Part shown: one piece after another, positions 60,149-64,000 of the stretch | Layout: every line of letters begins with the position of its first letter | Position numbering within the stretch: position 1 is the first letter of the stretch | From: an uncultured Pseudomonadota bacterium | Lineage (GTDB): Bacteria; Oederibacteriota; Muellerivitia; Muellerivitales; Muellerivitaceae | DNA length: 64,000 nt | Direction: 5' to 3' | NCBI GenBank assembly: GCA_963770835.1 | Contig: CAVYRH010000005.1 | Coordinates: 96,001-160,000 of the forward strand | Program-made: the position numbers and the translations under genes | Notes under the pieces: generated by a model | What the model was told of the DNA's origin: nothing | The model's input: the letters and a program-made list of their open reading frames with translations, nothing else | Databases searched by the model: none

Positions 60149-62362
60149 ATGCCCCCCCGTCCCGAAACCAAAACCATCCGTGAAATGGCCAATGGCAGCG
60201 ACCAAGGAGATGCCTCCACCCATAACAACCTTGGCGTTTTTTATTATTCCAAGGGCATGCACGCCGAGGCCATCAAAGAATTTAAGACCGCCCTGGAAGT
60301 GGACCCCGAAAACCACCAAGCCCAAGAAAACCTGAAGGCCGTCAACCGGCACACGGGCCTTTTTGACCGTTCCATCGAGGCCTACAAGAAGTCGGTCCAG
60401 ATGTTCCCGCAGGACCCCGAGTCCCATTACAACCTGGCCAATTCCAACCGTTATATTGGGGAATATGAAAAGGCTATTGAGGGCTACGAGAAATGCCTCA
60501 GCCTGAACCCCGACCACCCCTTCGCCCGCAATTACCTGGGAATTTCCTATAAATGCCTCGGGAAATTCGACGAGGCCATGGCCGAGTTCCGCAAGGCCAT
60601 CGAGAAGAACCCCTTTTTTGCCGACCTCCACAACAACCTGGGCGAGGTTTATTACAAGAAGGCAATGGTGAACGAGTCCCTCATTGAGTTTAAAAAGGCC
60701 ATTTCCCTCAACCCGGAATATGCCACCGCCCATTACAACCTCAGCTTCGTCTATGGCGACAAAAACATGCTGGAGGAAGCCGAGAGGGAATTCAAAAAAG
60801 CCGTGGACCTAAACCCCAATTTTGGGCAGGGCGCCCAGGCTCTGCTGTCCATCGAGCGGGCCAAAACCATGGAGGAACGGGTGGCCGAAAAAGTGGCCTC
60901 CCAGCCAATGGGAACCTCCAGCGTGGAAACCTACCTGAGCCTGGCCTCCGCCTACAAGGGCAAGGGCCTTTTGGACGAGGCCATCAAGGAGTACAAGCGG
61001 GCCATCGAGGCCATTCCCAATGAAGAAAAACTTTACCGCGCCCTGGGCGAAATCTACCTCCTGCGGGGCATGCTGGAAGATTCCCTGGCGGCCTCCCAAA
61101 AGGCCATCGAACTGGCGCCTAAGAGCGTCGAGAACCACATCCAGGCCGGCATTGCCTTAAGGGAGCTCAACCGTATTCAACCCTCCGCGGACCAATTTTT
61201 AAAAGCCATCGAGATCGTGCCGGGCTCCAGCATGGCCCATTTCGAGCTGGGGGTGACTTATTTCAAGATGGGGGAGGGCGAAAAGGCCACCCGTGAGGTC
61301 CGGGAAGCTCTGGAGATCGATCCTCAAAACGCCGAGGCCCACTATTATCTGGGTGTCTATTACTACAAAGTGAACCTTTACGACGAGGCGATCCGCGAAA
61401 TTTCTCAGGCGATCGACCTGAACGTCTCCATCGCCTCCAGCGCAGAGGCCCTGACCTACTTGGGACTGGCCCTGGCGGACAAGGGGCGCTACGAGGAGGC
61501 CATCGCCGAGTACAAGAAGGCCATGGAGTTCGACCCCAAGAACCCCATCATCCACAACAGCCTGGGCGTGGCCTACAAGAACGCGGGAATGACCCAGGAG
61601 GCCATCCGCCACTACCAGCTAGCCATCGAGTTGAATCCCCAATACGCCAAGGCCTACAACAACCTGGGCGTGGTTTATTTCAAACTAAGCCAGTATGAAA
61701 AGGCCATCGAGGCCTTCAAGCGGGCGGTAGAGATCGAGCCGGACTACAAGACGGCCCAGAACAACCTGGCCGTCGCCATGAAGAAAAAGAACGTCCTCTC
61801 CGAGGCCTCCGAGGTGCTCATCAAGCAGATCATGGCCGACCCCGAAAACCCCTCCCTTCATTACAACCTGGGAAGCCTTTACAAGAACACCGGCCAATAC
61901 GCCGAGGCGGTCCGGGAATACCAGGAAACCCTCCGCTTGGCGCCCAAGAACCGCGAGGCCCTGACGAACCTGGGGGAGGTCTACCTGAACATGGAGTCTC
62001 TGGACGACGCGGTCAAGGTGCTGGCGAAGGCTGTCTCCTGCGACCCCAAGTTTCCGGAGGCCCACCTGCAGCTGGCCAAGGTTTATATCCGCCGCAAGTG
62101 GTGGGACGAGGCCCTGGTGGAGCTCAAGAAAACCCAGGAGGTGAAGGCCGACATCACCGAGATCCATTTTCATCTGGGGCAGGTTTACCGGTCGAAAAGT
62201 TGGTGGGATGAGGCCGTCGAGGAGTTTCAGAAATACATGGATTCCTCCAACGCGGAGGAGGAAAAGGTCACCCAATCCATCGATGCCATCCAGCAGATCC
62301 AGTCCTGGAAGAAGGAGCTTCAGATTTCGCCCAGTGCGGGCCAGTCCAAGCTGATCAAATAA
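60149..62362 (+). CDS. Large all-TPR protein
   Basis: About 19 TPRs (HNNLG, HYNL and YNNLG motifs) across 737 aa. Confidence 0.9.
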   Translation: MPPRPETKTIREMANGSDQGDASTHNNLGVFYYSKGMHAEAIKEFKTALEVDPENHQAQENLKAVNRHTGLFDRSIEAYKKSVQMFPQDPESHYNLANSNRYIGEYEKAIEGYEKCLSLNPDHPFARNYLGISYKCLGKFDEAMAEFRKAIEKNPFFADLHNNLGEVYYKKAMVNESLIEFKKAISLNPEYATAHYNLSFVYGDKNMLEEAEREFKKAVDLNPNFGQGAQALLSIERAKTMEERVAEKVASQPMGTSSVETYLSLASAYKGKGLLDEAIKEYKRAIEAIPNEEKLYRALGEIYLLRGMLEDSLAASQKAIELAPKSVENHIQAGIALRELNRIQPSADQFLKAIEIVPGSSMAHFELGVTYFKMGEGEKATREVREALEIDPQNAEAHYYLGVYYYKVNLYDEAIREISQAIDLNVSIASSAEALTYLGLALADKGRYEEAIAEYKKAMEFDPKNPIIHNSLGVAYKNAGMTQEAIRHYQLAIELNPQYAKAYNNLGVVYFKLSQYEKAIEAFKRAVEIEPDYKTAQNNLAVAMKKKNVLSEASEVLIKQIMADPENPSLHYNLGSLYKNTGQYAEAVREYQETLRLAPKNREALTNLGEVYLNMESLDDAVKVLAKAVSCDPKFPEAHLQLAKVYIRRKWWDEALVELKKTQEVKADITEIHFHLGQVYRSKSWWDEAVEEFQKYMDSSNAEEEKVTQSIDAIQQIQSWKKELQISPSAGQSKLIK

Positions 62363-62491
62363 ACACCGCCCCGGCGCTGGAAACCCCTGGCTTTATCGGT
62401 CGGCCGGGCCGGAGCTTCCGGGGTTTTTGCTTTATTATTGGGGCTTTTGCGGTTAAAACAGGTTTGATGGAAACCCCGAGAGAAGGACTTT

Positions 62492-62830
62492 ATGAAATTC
62501 CTGGTGTGCGTCATTCCACCGAAAAAAATCGATCAGGTCAAAAAAGTCCTTTGGGAGGCGGGGATCCGGGGCGTTACCCTGTCGGACGGTTCGGGTTACG
62601 GATACCAAAAGGTCCAGGTGGAATCCGTTAAGGGGGCCGATTACAAGATTCAGTACCAGCCCCGGATCCGCATCGAAATTGCCCTTCCTGACGAGGAAGT
62701 GGAAAAAGTCGTGGAATTGCTCCTGGATACGGTCCGTACGGGAAGGATTGGAGACGGAAAGTTCTTTATTTTGCCCCTGGAGGACGCCATCCGGGTCCGC
62801 ACGGGCGAGCGGGGCGAAAACGCCCTTTAA
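62492..62830 (+). CDS. P-II family signal transduction protein, divergent
   Basis: 112 aa colinear with GlnB/GlnK; 'TGRIGDGKFFI', 'IRVRTGERG' and Tyr51. Confidence 0.9.
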   Translation: MKFLVCVIPPKKIDQVKKVLWEAGIRGVTLSDGSGYGYQKVQVESVKGADYKIQYQPRIRIEIALPDEEVEKVVELLLDTVRTGRIGDGKFFILPLEDAIRVRTGERGENAL

Positions 62831-62931
62831 TTAAATAAAGAATAATGAATAATATGGAACCGACCAGTCAATAATGTTTGTTTTCATCGTCCGTTTTTAA
62901 TCGTTCATTTCACATTTTTTAGGAGGAAGCC

Positions 62932-63294
62932 GTGGCCCATCGCGTGTTGCTCGTGGATGACGCATCCTTTATGCGGATGATGCTGAAGAATATCCTGGTC
63001 GGGTCCGGCTATGAAGTAGCCGGGGAAGCGGAAAACGGGGCCAAGGCCATTGAACAGTACAAAGCCTTGAAGCCGGACCTGGTCATTATGGACATCATCA
63101 TGCCCGAAATGGGGGGGATTGACGCAGTACGGGAAATCATCAAGGTCAGCCCTTCCGCGAAGATCTTGATGTGCAGCTCCATGGGCCAGCAATCGCTGGT
63201 GGTGGAAGCCATCCAGGCCGGGGCCAAGGATTTCATCGTCAAGCCCTTCCAGCCCTCTAACGTCCTGGAAGCGGTGAAAAAAGCATTAGGTTGA
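62932..63294 (+). CDS. cheY: Chemotaxis response regulator CheY (Firmicutes-type/DifD-like)
   Basis: 'VDDASFMRMML', MDIIMP, 'SSMGQQ' and 'DFIVKPF'; AGGAGG RBS. Confidence 0.93.
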   Translation: MAHRVLLVDDASFMRMMLKNILVGSGYEVAGEAENGAKAIEQYKALKPDLVIMDIIMPEMGGIDAVREIIKVSPSAKILMCSSMGQQSLVVEAIQAGAKDFIVKPFQPSNVLEAVKKALG

Positions 63295-63359
63295 AGGCAA
63301 CTATTGGTAGCTCGCTAACCGCTACGGTTTAAAAGCAAATGGCCGCCGTTAAGGATGGC

Positions 63360-63998
63360 ATGGAACAAGAATCGCAATTTTTTAACGACTTCCAGATGGA
63401 CGCCCTGAAAGAAATCGGCAACATCGGAGCGGGGAACGCGGCCACGGCTCTTTCCCAAATGGTGGGGCGCCGAGTGGACATGTCGGTGACCCAGGTGAAG
63501 ATCCTGAAAACGGACGACATTGCTGCTTTCCTGGGCGGCATGGAACAAAACGTCGCCGCAGTGCATATGCCCGTTTACGGCGAGATTTGCGGCATCTCCC
63601 TCGTTTTTTTTCCCTTGGAAAGAGTCGGCGAGCTCTGCGGCATGCTGGTGGGTAAGAAAGAAGATGACCCCCTCCACCTGTCCGAAATGGGTCAGTCGGC
63701 TATCAAGGAAGTGGGAAGCATCCTGACCGGTGCTTATTTGAGCGCGCTGTTTCGCCTCATGAACCTCCAGATGATCCATGGCGTTCCCGGCCTGGCCATC
63801 GACATGGCACAGGCTGTCCTGGACACGGTACTGGTGGAGCTGGAGCAAAAAGAAGAGGTGGCTATCGTGATTGAGACCCGGTTCCTGGAAAACGACAAAC
63901 AGCTGACGGGGAGCTTCTTCCTCCTGCCTGAAACCGGATCCTTGCAGAAACTGTTTACGGCTTTTTCCAAAACCTTCGGGTTTTCCGGCAATGGGTGA
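63360..63998 (+). CDS. cheC: CheC-family CheY-P phosphatase
   Basis: 'DALKEIGNIGAGNAATALSQM' (E-x-x-N); second site 'SAIKEVGSIL' has N replaced by S. Confidence 0.92.
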   Translation: MEQESQFFNDFQMDALKEIGNIGAGNAATALSQMVGRRVDMSVTQVKILKTDDIAAFLGGMEQNVAAVHMPVYGEICGISLVFFPLERVGELCGMLVGKKEDDPLHLSEMGQSAIKEVGSILTGAYLSALFRLMNLQMIHGVPGLAIDMAQAVLDTVLVELEQKEEVAIVIETRFLENDKQLTGSFFLLPETGSLQKLFTAFSKTFGFSGNG

Positions 63999-64000
63999 AG

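Noticed and set aside
1..64000. Mobile elements, prophage, defence systems, tRNA/rRNA
   Set aside because: No recognisable signatures found by inspection

Overview
A 64-kb bacterial chromosomal segment, almost entirely coding on the + strand. I found no rRNA, tRNA, CRISPR array, transposase or integrase. It falls into three blocks. (1) 1-19.6 kb is a cell-surface locus: two tandem GH74-like beta-propeller paralogs with Thr/Pro linkers and T9SS type-A-like C-terminal tails, polysaccharide-modifying enzymes, a Thr-rich LRR lipoprotein, a mucin-like Thr-repeat protein with an HFSW motif and FlgD-Ig tail coupled to a PorV/PorQ-like barrel-FN3 fusion, and an ATP-grasp ligase. (2) 19.9-53.4 kb is housekeeping (PMM/PGM, rlmH, dinG, ruvB, tatC, tal, queA, tgt, accA, valS, nadC, birA, coaX). 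It is interleaved with a sensor-less MCP, a GldAFG-like ABC system, a PilZ/receiver pair and three GT-C-type membrane glycosyltransferases. (3) 53.5-64 kb is an unusual pilus/chemosensory cluster that may continue past the right edge: PilT-TPR fusion, TsaP/FlgT-C-like protein, CheR, two TPR scaffolds, an MshEN-CheW fusion, a divergent PII, CheY and CheC. The best candidates for new biology are this Dif-like chemosensory module with possible c-di-GMP and PII inputs, the T9SS-like cargo/PorV pairing with putative O-glycosylation and autoproteolysis, and a duplicated 87-bp switch-like leader. All calls come from motif recognition by eye; no database searches were run.
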